A stretch of DNA of 64,000 nt from Corallococcus sp. bb12-1 (GTDB lineage: Bacteria; Myxococcota; Myxococcia; Myxococcales; Myxococcaceae), in contig NZ_JAPNJZ010000012.1 of NCBI RefSeq assembly GCF_026626765.1, positions 205,012-269,011 of the forward strand, read 5' to 3'. Position numbers and translations under genes: made by a program. Shown piece by piece: positions 41,053-49,434 of this stretch (its first letter is position 1; every line of letters starts with the position of its first letter). The notes beneath the pieces were generated by a model. That model was given only the letters and a program-made list of their open reading frames with translations. It was not told where the DNA came from and ran no database searches.

Positions 41053-44000
41053 GTGAAGATCGGCCGGACCTCGGAGAACGACCTGGTGCTGCATGACCAC
41101 GGGGTCTCCCGGCGTCATGCCCGCATCACGGCGAGGGACGGGCAGTACTTCGCCGAGGACGTGGGCAGCGCCAACGGCACGCAGCTCAACGGCCAGCCGC
41201 TCGGCGGGCAGAAGCAGCTGCGCGACGGGGATCGCATCACCGTCGGGCCGGTGGAGTTCACCTTCGTCTGGATGCCGCAGGACGACGAGGCGGACGTCAC
41301 CCGGCCCATCCGCAGGGTGCTCGCGCCGGCGCATGCGCAGGTGTCGCCGCCGCAGGGCCTGGAGCAGGCCTCGCTCGCGGAGATCGAAGCCGCGCCCACG
41401 AGCTACCAGCAGTCGCTGCCGGTGATGGCGAGGCCGTCCTTCCTGCCGACCCCGCAGCGTTCCGGGGCCGCGGTGAAGAGCCTGGCGACGCCCGCGGCGC
41501 CGCTGGCGCCCCCTCCCACGAAGAAGCCGGAGGCCGTGGTGCCTCCGCCGAAACGGCCCTCCGCTCCCGACCTTCCGGCGGTGGGCGCGCCCGCGCAGGG
41601 CCGCGCTTCGGGGCCGCGCCTTCCCGCGCTGGGAGCGCCCACGTTGAACAGGGCCGCCCGTCCGGCAGGGGACGCCTCCTCGCAGGGCCGTGCATCCGGT
41701 CCGGGCCTCCCTGCTGGCGGAGCATCCACGTCAAACCGGGTCGCGCCTCCCCTAGAGGGAACTCCCGCGCAGGGCCGTGCATCCGGTCCGGGCCTCGCCG
41801 CTGTCGGAGCGTCCACGCCGAACCGGGCCGCGCCTGACGTGCAGGGGGCGCCCGCGCAGGGCCGCGCTTCGGGGCCGGGTCTCCCCGTCGCGGGTGGTTC
41901 CGCGAAGGGCGGACCTTCTGCCCCAGGCCAGTCCGCCGCTTCAGGCAAATTCTCGGCACCGGGCCCAGCCTCGCCTGACGCCTCCTCCGCACCGAAGCGG
42001 GTCGCCCCTCCGGGCCCGCCCGTGCTCGATGCCGCCGCGCCGAAGAAAGCCCCGCCGGGCCTGCCCTCGGTCGGCGCTCCCGCGCTGAACCGTCCCTCCC
42101 TGGGGCGCGGTGCCGCGCGAGGGGCCGAGGCGGCGAAACCTCCGTCGCTCCAAGCGGACGCCGCCGCCGCGCCGCCTCCGCCGGGCCCGCCCGCTCCGCA
42201 CAGGGATGCGCCGTCTGTCTCTCCCCCCGCGAGTGGAAGGCCGCCCGCGTCGCCTCCGGTGAACAGGGGCGCGGTGGCTTCGGTACCCTTGCTGCCCTCT
42301 GTTCCGGCGCTGACGCCTCCCGTGGCGCCCACGCCCGTGCGGGGTCCGTCAGCTCCAGCTCCCGGCCTTCCCGTACTGTCTCCTTCCGGGTTCGTGCCGC
42401 CTCCGGTGACCGCTCCTGTCGCTTCATGGGACGCGCCTCCGGCGGGCCTGTCCCCGGTGGATCCGGACGAGCCCGAGGAGCGCACGCTGATGGCGATTCC
42501 CGTGGTGCAGTCGCCTGGGCCTGTCCTGGCTGCTCCTCCGGTGGCGCCCCCCGCGTTGTCCTTCGTGGATCCGGACGAGCCCGAAGAGCACACGCTGATG
42601 GCGATCTCCACGGTGGACTCGCCGGAGCCCCTGCTTCCTGCGCCCCCGGTGGCGTTCCCCGCGCTCGCCTTCGTGGATCTGGAGGAGCCCGAGGAGCGCA
42701 CGTTGATGGCGATCTCCGCGGTGGACTCGCCTGAGCCCCGGACCCAAGCCGCACCGTCATTCGGCCCTCCGGAGGCAGCGGCCCTTCCGTCGGTGGCGGA
42801 GGAGGAGCCCGAGGAGCACACCGTCCTCGACCTGCGGCCCATCGTCCCCGTCAGTCCGCTGGTGCCGCGCCCGGTGTTGCATGGGGCGCCTCCACCGAAG
42901 GCGGCTGCCCCTGCCTTCTCCGCGGAACCGCCGACGTACGTGGGGCAGGACCAGGACATCCCTTCCGCCCCGCCGGACGACGCCTTGTCCGACGTGCAGA
43001 CCTTCATCGGCAAGGACGGACCTGGCGCGCCCCCTGTTCTGGCGCCTTCCCCGGCGCGAAGCGCTCCGGTCGCTCCGCCTCCGCCTTTTGATCCGGCCTT
43101 TGATCCGGTGACGTTCGTGGGCAAGGACCGGCCGGACGCGGCGGCGCCCCCCGCATCGCTGGCCGCTTCACCGCCGGCCGCGGAGGCCGGCCTGCTGGCC
43201 CTCCTCTCTTCGGACGAAGGCGACGCCACCCAGCCCCTCCCGCCGTCCGACCCGGACGCCTCCTCCTCCCAGCCGGCGCGCTCCGTGACGGTCGTCGCCA
43301 AGGTCGAACCCTCGACCGCCGCCGACAAGGCCCGGAAGCGGCGCCAGCTCGCCCGCACGCTGGGCGGCCAGTTCGTCCTCTTCTGGAATCGCCAGTCCCT
43401 GCTCCGCCGCGTCGGCTACGCGTCCCTCGCGGGTGTCGTCGTGCTGGCGGCGCTGTTCGGCGTGGTGACCGCCGTGACGTCCCAGTCGCTCCGGCTGCCG
43501 GGCCGGGAGCCCTTCAAGCTGGGCCTGGAGCCGGTGCCGGACTCGTTCGGCTTCGGCCAGGGCGTGCGCTGGTCCCACGTAGACGACAAGGTCTTCGACT
43601 TCCGCTTCGTCTCGCCCACGCGCGCGGTGGCGGTGCTGCACTACCAGGCCAGCAACATCTCCAAGGATGAGGTCAACCTGTCGCTCAACGGCGTGTCCCT
43701 GGGCTGGGTCCCGCCGGACACGGCCCAGACGCAGGAGCGCGAGCTGGAGCAGGTGATGCCCCCGGGCCTGCTGCGCCGCAACGAGAACAACCAGCTGCTC
43801 TTCGACAACGCCCTCAACCCGCCCGGTCAGGAGAGCTGGCGCATCTGGAACCTCCGGCTGGAGATCATCCCGGTGCCGGAGCTGCCGCCGGCTCAGCTGT
43901 TGGCGTCCGCTCGGGAAGCCGCGATGGCGGGTGCCCGGTTCTACGAACTCAAGGACGTGGGCGGGGAGAACCTCTTCAGGGCCTGGCAGCAGTACCGCGC

Positions 44001-44253
44001 CGCGTGGATCACCCTGGAAGCGCTGGATGAGAAGCCGGAGCTCTACGAGGACGTCCGGGAGCGGATCGCCCGGATTTCAACGGAGCTGGACCACCGGTGC
44101 GGTCAGCTGATGCTGGAATTCCAGCAGGCCGTCCAGTACCGGAGTCGGCGTCAGGCGGTCGCGGCCCTGGCGGAAGTGCGGAGACGCTTCCCTAGCACCG
44201 AGCATCGCTGCCACAATCTCGCGCTGGAAAAAGCCTATGAGCATGAACTCTAG
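41053..44253 (+). CDS. FHA-domain protein with long Pro/Ala-rich repetitive linker, one TM, and about 270 aa C-terminal (periplasmic) domain
   Basis: FHA core …IGRTSENDLVLHDHGVSRRHARI…GSANGTQLNGQPL…RDGDRITVGPVEF. TM LAGVVVLAALFGVVTAV near residue 800. FHA similarity continues in-frame upstream to about 40981 with no canonical start codon. Confidence 0.8.
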   Translation: MKIGRTSENDLVLHDHGVSRRHARITARDGQYFAEDVGSANGTQLNGQPLGGQKQLRDGDRITVGPVEFTFVWMPQDDEADVTRPIRRVLAPAHAQVSPPQGLEQASLAEIEAAPTSYQQSLPVMARPSFLPTPQRSGAAVKSLATPAAPLAPPPTKKPEAVVPPPKRPSAPDLPAVGAPAQGRASGPRLPALGAPTLNRAARPAGDASSQGRASGPGLPAGGASTSNRVAPPLEGTPAQGRASGPGLAAVGASTPNRAAPDVQGAPAQGRASGPGLPVAGGSAKGGPSAPGQSAASGKFSAPGPASPDASSAPKRVAPPGPPVLDAAAPKKAPPGLPSVGAPALNRPSLGRGAARGAEAAKPPSLQADAAAAPPPPGPPAPHRDAPSVSPPASGRPPASPPVNRGAVASVPLLPSVPALTPPVAPTPVRGPSAPAPGLPVLSPSGFVPPPVTAPVASWDAPPAGLSPVDPDEPEERTLMAIPVVQSPGPVLAAPPVAPPALSFVDPDEPEEHTLMAISTVDSPEPLLPAPPVAFPALAFVDLEEPEERTLMAISAVDSPEPRTQAAPSFGPPEAAALPSVAEEEPEEHTVLDLRPIVPVSPLVPRPVLHGAPPPKAAAPAFSAEPPTYVGQDQDIPSAPPDDALSDVQTFIGKDGPGAPPVLAPSPARSAPVAPPPPFDPAFDPVTFVGKDRPDAAAPPASLAASPPAAEAGLLALLSSDEGDATQPLPPSDPDASSSQPARSVTVVAKVEPSTAADKARKRRQLARTLGGQFVLFWNRQSLLRRVGYASLAGVVVLAALFGVVTAVTSQSLRLPGREPFKLGLEPVPDSFGFGQGVRWSHVDDKVFDFRFVSPTRAVAVLHYQASNISKDEVNLSLNGVSLGWVPPDTAQTQERELEQVMPPGLLRRNENNQLLFDNALNPPGQESWRIWNLRLEIIPVPELPPAQLLASAREAAMAGARFYELKDVGGENLFRAWQQYRAAWITLEALDEKPELYEDVRERIARISTELDHRCGQLMLEFQQAVQYRSRRQAVAALAEVRRRFPSTEHRCHNLALEKAYEHEL
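41575..41900. repeat. About 3.6 tandem copies of an 87-90 bp in-frame repeat (AQGRASGPGLPA…NRAA) in the FHA gene
   Basis: cagggccg(c/t)gc(t/a)tc(g/c)gg(g/t)ccg recurs at about 41593, 41683, 41770 and 41857. Confidence 0.7.
42445..42790. repeat. Three tandem copies (plus a partial fourth) of a roughly 108-111 bp in-frame repeat (DPDEPEERTLMAI.VVDSPEP…PPVA.PAL.FV)
   Basis: gatccggacgagcccga(g/a)gagc(g/a)cacgctgatggcgat recurs at about 42457, 42568 and 42676. Confidence 0.7.
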
Positions 44254-44280
44254 GGTTCGTGCCCCCCTCAGCAGGACGCG

Positions 44281-46029
44281 GTGAACACCATGTCGAACGG
44301 TCCTCCCCCAGCCCGCCGAAGGCCCACTTCGGGTACGCCCTCTTCCGGGACCGGACAACGCGCGCCGGTCCGTCGGTCGACCGCCGGTGTCTCCGCGGCG
44401 AAGCCCGCGAAGCTCGTGGTCATCGCGGGCCCCAGCGAGGGCGCGGAGTTCCCGCTCTCCGAGCTGGAGTACACGGTCGGCCGCGCCTCCGACAATCCCA
44501 TCTGCCTTCAGGACACGTCCGTCTCCCGCAAGCACATCACGCTGCGCAAGGAGTCCGCAGGCTGGTACGTCAGCGACATGAAGTCGGGCAACGGCACGCT
44601 CGTCAACGACGAGCCCGTCACCGACGAGACGCTGCTGGCCAACGGCGACGTCATCACGCTGGGCGACTCGGAGATGCGCTACGAGGACGTGGCCAACAGC
44701 ACCGCCAAGGTGCAGGCGCCGCCGTCGGGCCCCAGGCCCCGTCCGTCCACGGGCGGGAGCCGTTCCTCCCCGGCGGTGCCCGTGCGTCCCGGCCCCGGTC
44801 GCGCGCGCCCGCAGACGTCGCGCGCCTCCGCCGCCGCGGAGCAGACGCCGGAGATGCAGCGCAAGAAGCTGCGGATGAAGCTCGCGGGCGTGGGCGTGGT
44901 GGTGGTGCTCCTCGCCGGCCTGGGCGTCGCGCGCACCCGCATGCAGAAGCAGCAGGAGGAGCAGGTCCGCATCGAGCAGGAGCAGCTCGACTACCGCGCG
45001 CAACTGGGCGCCCTCTTCCAGGAGGCCAAGAACCTGGTGCGCGAGGGCCAGTGGCAGCAGGCCAAGGTGAAGTTGATGGAGCTCCAGGAGCAGGCGCCCG
45101 AGTACCCCGGCGTGGCCGACTACCTGAAGGCCGCGGAGAAGGAGATCCCCAACCAGGGACACCTGACGGCGGCCCAGTCGGCGATGACCAAGGGGGAGCT
45201 TGCCTCCGCGCAGGCGTCGCTCGCCAAGGTGGGCAGCGACACGCAGTTGTACGAGCAGCTGAAGACGGCCCGCAGGGCGCTGACCAACGCGGCCGACGCA
45301 CGCACGAAGGAGGCCAACACGCTGATGGCCACCCGTCAGCTGGAGTCGGTGCAGAAGGCCAAGGCCATCACCGACGACGTGCTGGTGACCTTCCCGGAGC
45401 ACCGCGACGGCAAGCTCATCAACGAGGAGGCCGCGCGCATCATCGCGGATCTGACGCGTCCGGAGCCCGTGCGGGTGGCGGCGGCGCCCAAGCCCTGGGA
45501 GCCCGCGGTGGACCGGTTCCGCGACGGTGACATGACCGGCGCGGTGGCCATCCTCAACACGTGCCTGGGCAAGACGCCCCAGTGCAAGCAGTACATGACG
45601 CAGATGACGGAGTTCGGGAACCTCTACAAGAAGCTGGAGGACCTGGACGCCAAGGGCCTGACGCGGCTGCTGGCGCTCGACAAGGACATCACCGACGGCC
45701 GGGGCAGCAAGATGGCGCGCAACGCGGGCACCCGCGCGGCGACGACCTTCTACAAGAGCGCCGCCGCCGCGAAGGCCTCCGCGCAGTACACGCGCGCGAT
45801 GGAGCTCGCCCGCCGCGCGCTCCAGGCGGACCCCAACCACACGGGCGCCGCCAACATCGTCAGCGACCTGCGGGCCAAGGCCAAGGACCTGTACATGCAG
45901 GCCTACTCCATCAAGGACTCCAGCCCGGACGAAGCGCTGCCCCAGTTCAAGGACGTCGTCTCCATGACGCCGCCGGACGACGAGCTGCACGGCAAGGCCC
46001 AGGGCTGGGTCGAGAAGCTGTCGCGATGA
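44281..46029 (+). CDS. FHA-domain membrane protein with C-terminal TPR-like/helical domain
   Basis: FHA (KLVVIAGPSEGAEFPLSELEYTVGRASDNPICLQDTSVSRKHITL…SGNGTLVNDEPV…). TM GVGVVVVLLAGLGVA. Stop overlaps the xseA start (ATGA). Confidence 0.8.
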   Translation: MNTMSNGPPPARRRPTSGTPSSGTGQRAPVRRSTAGVSAAKPAKLVVIAGPSEGAEFPLSELEYTVGRASDNPICLQDTSVSRKHITLRKESAGWYVSDMKSGNGTLVNDEPVTDETLLANGDVITLGDSEMRYEDVANSTAKVQAPPSGPRPRPSTGGSRSSPAVPVRPGPGRARPQTSRASAAAEQTPEMQRKKLRMKLAGVGVVVVLLAGLGVARTRMQKQQEEQVRIEQEQLDYRAQLGALFQEAKNLVREGQWQQAKVKLMELQEQAPEYPGVADYLKAAEKEIPNQGHLTAAQSAMTKGELASAQASLAKVGSDTQLYEQLKTARRALTNAADARTKEANTLMATRQLESVQKAKAITDDVLVTFPEHRDGKLINEEAARIIADLTRPEPVRVAAAPKPWEPAVDRFRDGDMTGAVAILNTCLGKTPQCKQYMTQMTEFGNLYKKLEDLDAKGLTRLLALDKDITDGRGSKMARNAGTRAATTFYKSAAAAKASAQYTRAMELARRALQADPNHTGAANIVSDLRAKAKDLYMQAYSIKDSSPDEALPQFKDVVSMTPPDDELHGKAQGWVEKLSR

Positions 46030-47738
46030 AGAAGCGCAAGGGCGCGGAGCCGCCGCCTCCCGAAGAGGGACAGGGCGACCTCTTCGGCACGTCGCTCTTG
46101 CCACCCCTGCGTCCGGCCTCCCCGGTGGCGAAGGCCGCTGGGAGCAAGCCTCCGCCGCCCGCGTCCCAGCCCCGGGCGGAAGCCGTCCTGCCGCCACCGG
46201 CCCCGGCGCCCATCCCGGTGCCGCGCGCGGAGCGAACGGTGTTGTCGGTGGGCGAACTCACGCGTCAGTTGAAGCAGACGGTGGAGTCGCGCTTCCCGCG
46301 CGTGCTGGTGCGCGGCGAGGTGTCCAGCTTCCGGGGCGCCAACGCGCGCGGCCACTGGTACTTCACGCTCAAGGACGCGGACGCCTCCATCGACGCCAAG
46401 GTGTGGGCCTCGATGGCGTCGCGGATCCGCTTCGCGCTGCGCGACGGCATGGAGGTCCTGGCCGAGGGCAGCGTGGACCTGTACGAGCCGCAGGGCCGCT
46501 ACAGCCTCATCGTCAGTCGGCTGGAGCCTGTCGGCGAGGGCGCGATGGCGCTCGCGTTCGAACAGCTCAAGCAGCGCCTGGCGGCCGAGGGGCTCATCGG
46601 CGACCGGCGCGTGCGCCCGCCCCGTCCCGTGCCCTTCCTGCCCCGGCGCATTGGCGTCGTCACCAGCCGCACGGGCGCGGCGCTCCAGGACTTCCTGCGC
46701 GTGCTGCACTCGCGCAACCCCCGGCTGGGCGTGCTGCTGGCGGACGCGCGGGTGCAGGGCGAGGGCGCTGAAGAGGACGTCGCGCGGGCCATCGAACGGC
46801 TGGGCCGCACCGACGTGGACGTCATCGTCGTGACGCGCGGCGGAGGCTCCGTGGAGGACCTCTGGACCTTCAACGAGGAGCGGGTGGCGCGTGCCATCTT
46901 CGCCTCGCCGGTGCCGGTGGTGTCCGCCATCGGCCACGAAATCGACTTCACCATCGCGGACTTCGTCGCGGACCTGCGCTCGCCCACGCCCAGCGCGGCG
47001 GCGGAGCGGCTGTCTCCGGTGCTGGCGGACCTGGAGCTGACGCTGGCCACGCAGTCCGGACGGCTGCGCCGCGCCTTCGAGCGCCGCGTGCTGGAGCTGC
47101 GCGAGCGTCAGGGCCAACTCGCGGCCCGGCTCACCGACCCGCGCCGCGCGGTGAACCAGCAGCGCCTGCACCTGTCCGAACAGGTGGAGGCGATGATGCG
47201 CGTGCTGCGTCCCCAGGCGCGCGAACACCGCGAGCGGCTGCGGGCCCTGCAGGAGCGGTTGCAGCGGGCCCGGCCCCAGACGCGGCTGGGAGAGCAGCGC
47301 TCGCACCTGCTCAAGCTCGCCGGGCGCCTGTCGGAAGCGGCGCGCGCGGGCGTGTCCCGGCGGCGGGGCGGACTGGCGGACGCGCGGCTGGGGCTGGAGC
47401 GTCTGACGCCCACGGCCCTGGTGGCGGCGGAGCGCGCGCGGGTGGCGAAGGCGCGCTCGCGGCTTTTGGAGCTCCAGCGGGGGACGCTGTCCTCCGCGCA
47501 GACGCATTTCGGACGCCTGGGGGGACGGCTGGACGCCCTGAGCCCGCTGAAGGTGATGTCGCGCGGCTACGCGGTGACGTTCCGCCAGCGGGACGGCGTG
47601 GTGGTGCGCTCCACCGGGGACGTGGTGGTGGGGGACGTGCTGGGCATCAAGCTGGCCGCCCATGGCGCCCAGACGCTGGGCGGGTGTGAAGAAATCGAAG
47701 CCACCGTCACGGGCCTGAAAGGGCCGGTGGACTGCTAG
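46026..47738 (+). CDS. xseA: Exodeoxyribonuclease VII large subunit
   Basis: OB-fold N-terminus (…VRGEVSSFRGANARGHWYFTLKD…). Catalytic region (…IGVVTSRTGAALQDFLRVLHSR…VIVVTRGGGSVEDLW…). Start is ATG 46026 within track ORF 45561..47738. Confidence 0.9.
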   Translation: MKKRKGAEPPPPEEGQGDLFGTSLLPPLRPASPVAKAAGSKPPPPASQPRAEAVLPPPAPAPIPVPRAERTVLSVGELTRQLKQTVESRFPRVLVRGEVSSFRGANARGHWYFTLKDADASIDAKVWASMASRIRFALRDGMEVLAEGSVDLYEPQGRYSLIVSRLEPVGEGAMALAFEQLKQRLAAEGLIGDRRVRPPRPVPFLPRRIGVVTSRTGAALQDFLRVLHSRNPRLGVLLADARVQGEGAEEDVARAIERLGRTDVDVIVVTRGGGSVEDLWTFNEERVARAIFASPVPVVSAIGHEIDFTIADFVADLRSPTPSAAAERLSPVLADLELTLATQSGRLRRAFERRVLELRERQGQLAARLTDPRRAVNQQRLHLSEQVEAMMRVLRPQAREHRERLRALQERLQRARPQTRLGEQRSHLLKLAGRLSEAARAGVSRRRGGLADARLGLERLTPTALVAAERARVAKARSRLLELQRGTLSSAQTHFGRLGGRLDALSPLKVMSRGYAVTFRQRDGVVVRSTGDVVVGDVLGIKLAAHGAQTLGGCEEIEATVTGLKGPVDC

Positions 47739-47779
47739 CGGGCCACCCTCTACATTCCGCGCCCCGCTCGGGGAGGTGG

Positions 47780-48118
47780 ATGGACGTGGCGAAGTCGGAA
47801 AAGAACCCGAAGGTGGAGGCCGCCCCCGAGCAGTACGGGGACGTGGTGTCGCGTCTGGAGCAGACGGTGGCGCGGCTGGAGAGCGGCGAGCTGTCGCTGG
47901 AGGACTCGCTCAAGGCATTCGAGGAAGGCATCCGGCTCGTCCGCCGGGGCGAGAAGCTGCTCACGGAGGCCGAACAGCGCATCGAGCAGTTGCTCGTGGA
48001 CGAGGACGGCCAGGAAGTCGTCGCGCCTCTGGCGGTGGCGTCCCGTCCTGCTCCCCAGGCTGCTCCCCGGGCGAGCAGCACGGCCCGTCCGCCGCCGGAG
48101 GACGATGTCCCGTTCTAG
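47780..48118 (+). CDS. xseB: Exodeoxyribonuclease VII small subunit
   Basis: …VSRLEQTVARLESGELSLEDSLKAFEEGIRLVRRGEKLLTEAEQRIEQL… is typical XseB. Confidence 0.85.
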   Translation: MDVAKSEKNPKVEAAPEQYGDVVSRLEQTVARLESGELSLEDSLKAFEEGIRLVRRGEKLLTEAEQRIEQLLVDEDGQEVVAPLAVASRPAPQAAPRASSTARPPPEDDVPF

Positions 48119-48145
48119 GTATCAGGGGAAGGGCGGAGGCCGGGA

Positions 48146-48535
48146 ATGTCGAAGCCGAAGATCACCATCGTGGATGATGACCGTGACACACGCGAGCTGC
48201 TCTCCGAGGCCTTGGGCTCGGAGGGGTTCGAGGTGACGTCCGCGGCCAATGGCCTGAGGCTGGTCGCCTCGCTGGAGCTGCACCGGCCGCACGCCATCCT
48301 CCTGGACGTGAACATGTCCTGGATCAACGGCTTCGAGCTGTGCCAGGCCGTGAAGCAGAACAAGCAATTCCGGGACATCCCCATCATCTTCATCAGCGGG
48401 CGGGGAGACCCGGAGGACAAGCGGCGGGGCATGGAGGTCGGTGCCGCCGACTACTTCGTGAAGCCGCTGGAGCTGGACACGCTCGTCCAGCGCATCCGCG
48501 AACTCATTCCCACCGACACGGTGCAGGAGCCGTAA
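48146..48535 (+). CDS. Single-domain response regulator (CheY-like receiver)
   Basis: KITIVDDDRDTRELL…ILLDVNMSWINGFELC…DYFVKP. Confidence 0.85.
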   Translation: MSKPKITIVDDDRDTRELLSEALGSEGFEVTSAANGLRLVASLELHRPHAILLDVNMSWINGFELCQAVKQNKQFRDIPIIFISGRGDPEDKRRGMEVGAADYFVKPLELDTLVQRIRELIPTDTVQEP

Positions 48536-48540
48536 CTCCG

Positions 48541-49434
48541 ATGGCCGCCTTCGAACTGGAACCCTTCATGCGCTCGCAGCAGGCGCGGGTGGAGGCGCTG
48601 CTGCGCGAGAAAGCCGACCGCCTGGTTCCCGCCGGCACCCCGTCCCGGCTCGCGGAGTCCATGCGCTACTCGCTGCTCGCGGGCGGCAAGCGGCTGCGTC
48701 CCGTGATGTGCATCGCGTTCGCGGACGCGGTGGCCAAGGCGAGCACCCGCAACGACGTGGCCGTGGATGCCGCGTGCGCGCTGGAGTACGTGCATACGTA
48801 TTCGTTGGTGCACGACGATCTGCCCTGCCTGGACAACGACGACCTGCGCCGGGGCAAGCCGACGAACCACAAGGTCTTCGGTGAGTCGCTGGCGCTGCTG
48901 GCCGGGGACGGACTGCTCACGGAGGCCTTCACGGTGCTGGCCAGCGGGCCGGAGCCGGTGCGCGGCATGCTGTGCGCGGAGCTGGCGCGCGCGGCGGGCG
49001 CGGCGGGCATGGTGGGCGGCCAGGTGCTGGACATCGCGGAGGACCGGGCGGCGACGGAGTCGTACCTCATCCGGTTGCATCGCCTGAAGACGGGGGCGCT
49101 CATCCGCGCGGCGTGCCGCATGGGCGTGCTGGCCGGCGGGGGCGACCTGGCGGCGCTCGTGAGCGCGGAGACCTACGGCGACGCGGTGGGACTGGCGTTC
49201 CAGATCGCCGACGACGTGCTGGACGTCACGTCGAGCGCGGAGCAGTTGGGCAAGCCCGCGGGCGCGGACGCGGAGGCCGGACGCTTCACGTTCCCGGCGG
49301 TGCTGGGGCTGGAGGCGTCGCGGCGCATGGCCCGGGAGCTGGTGGCGAAGGCGGAGGAGGCCGTGCGTCCGTTGGAAGGCAACGACGGCCCGCTGGCCGC
49401 CCTGGCGCGCTACTCGGTGGAGCGGACGTCCTGA
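48541..49434 (+). CDS. ispA: Polyprenyl (farnesyl/geranylgeranyl) diphosphate synthase
   Basis: FARM LVHDDLPCLDNDDLRRG and SARM FQIADDVLD motifs. Start is ATG 48541 within track ORF 48340..49434. Confidence 0.9.
   Translation: MAAFELEPFMRSQQARVEALLREKADRLVPAGTPSRLAESMRYSLLAGGKRLRPVMCIAFADAVAKASTRNDVAVDAACALEYVHTYSLVHDDLPCLDNDDLRRGKPTNHKVFGESLALLAGDGLLTEAFTVLASGPEPVRGMLCAELARAAGAAGMVGGQVLDIAEDRAATESYLIRLHRLKTGALIRAACRMGVLAGGGDLAALVSAETYGDAVGLAFQIADDVLDVTSSAEQLGKPAGADAEAGRFTFPAVLGLEASRRMARELVAKAEEAVRPLEGNDGPLAALARYSVERTS

Noticed and set aside
41575-42790. Repeat arrays considered as a possible CRISPR-like or mobile element
   Set aside because: The repeats are in-frame, lack spacers of unique sequence, and encode Pro-rich peptide repeats within a single CDS. 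They are coding tandem repeats, not CRISPR or IS.
41297-43358. Two long minus-strand ORFs (487 and 651 aa) across the FHA gene repeats
   Set aside because: They are antisense reading of the Pro/Ala-rich repeat region. The FHA gene on the plus strand has the domain evidence and operon context.
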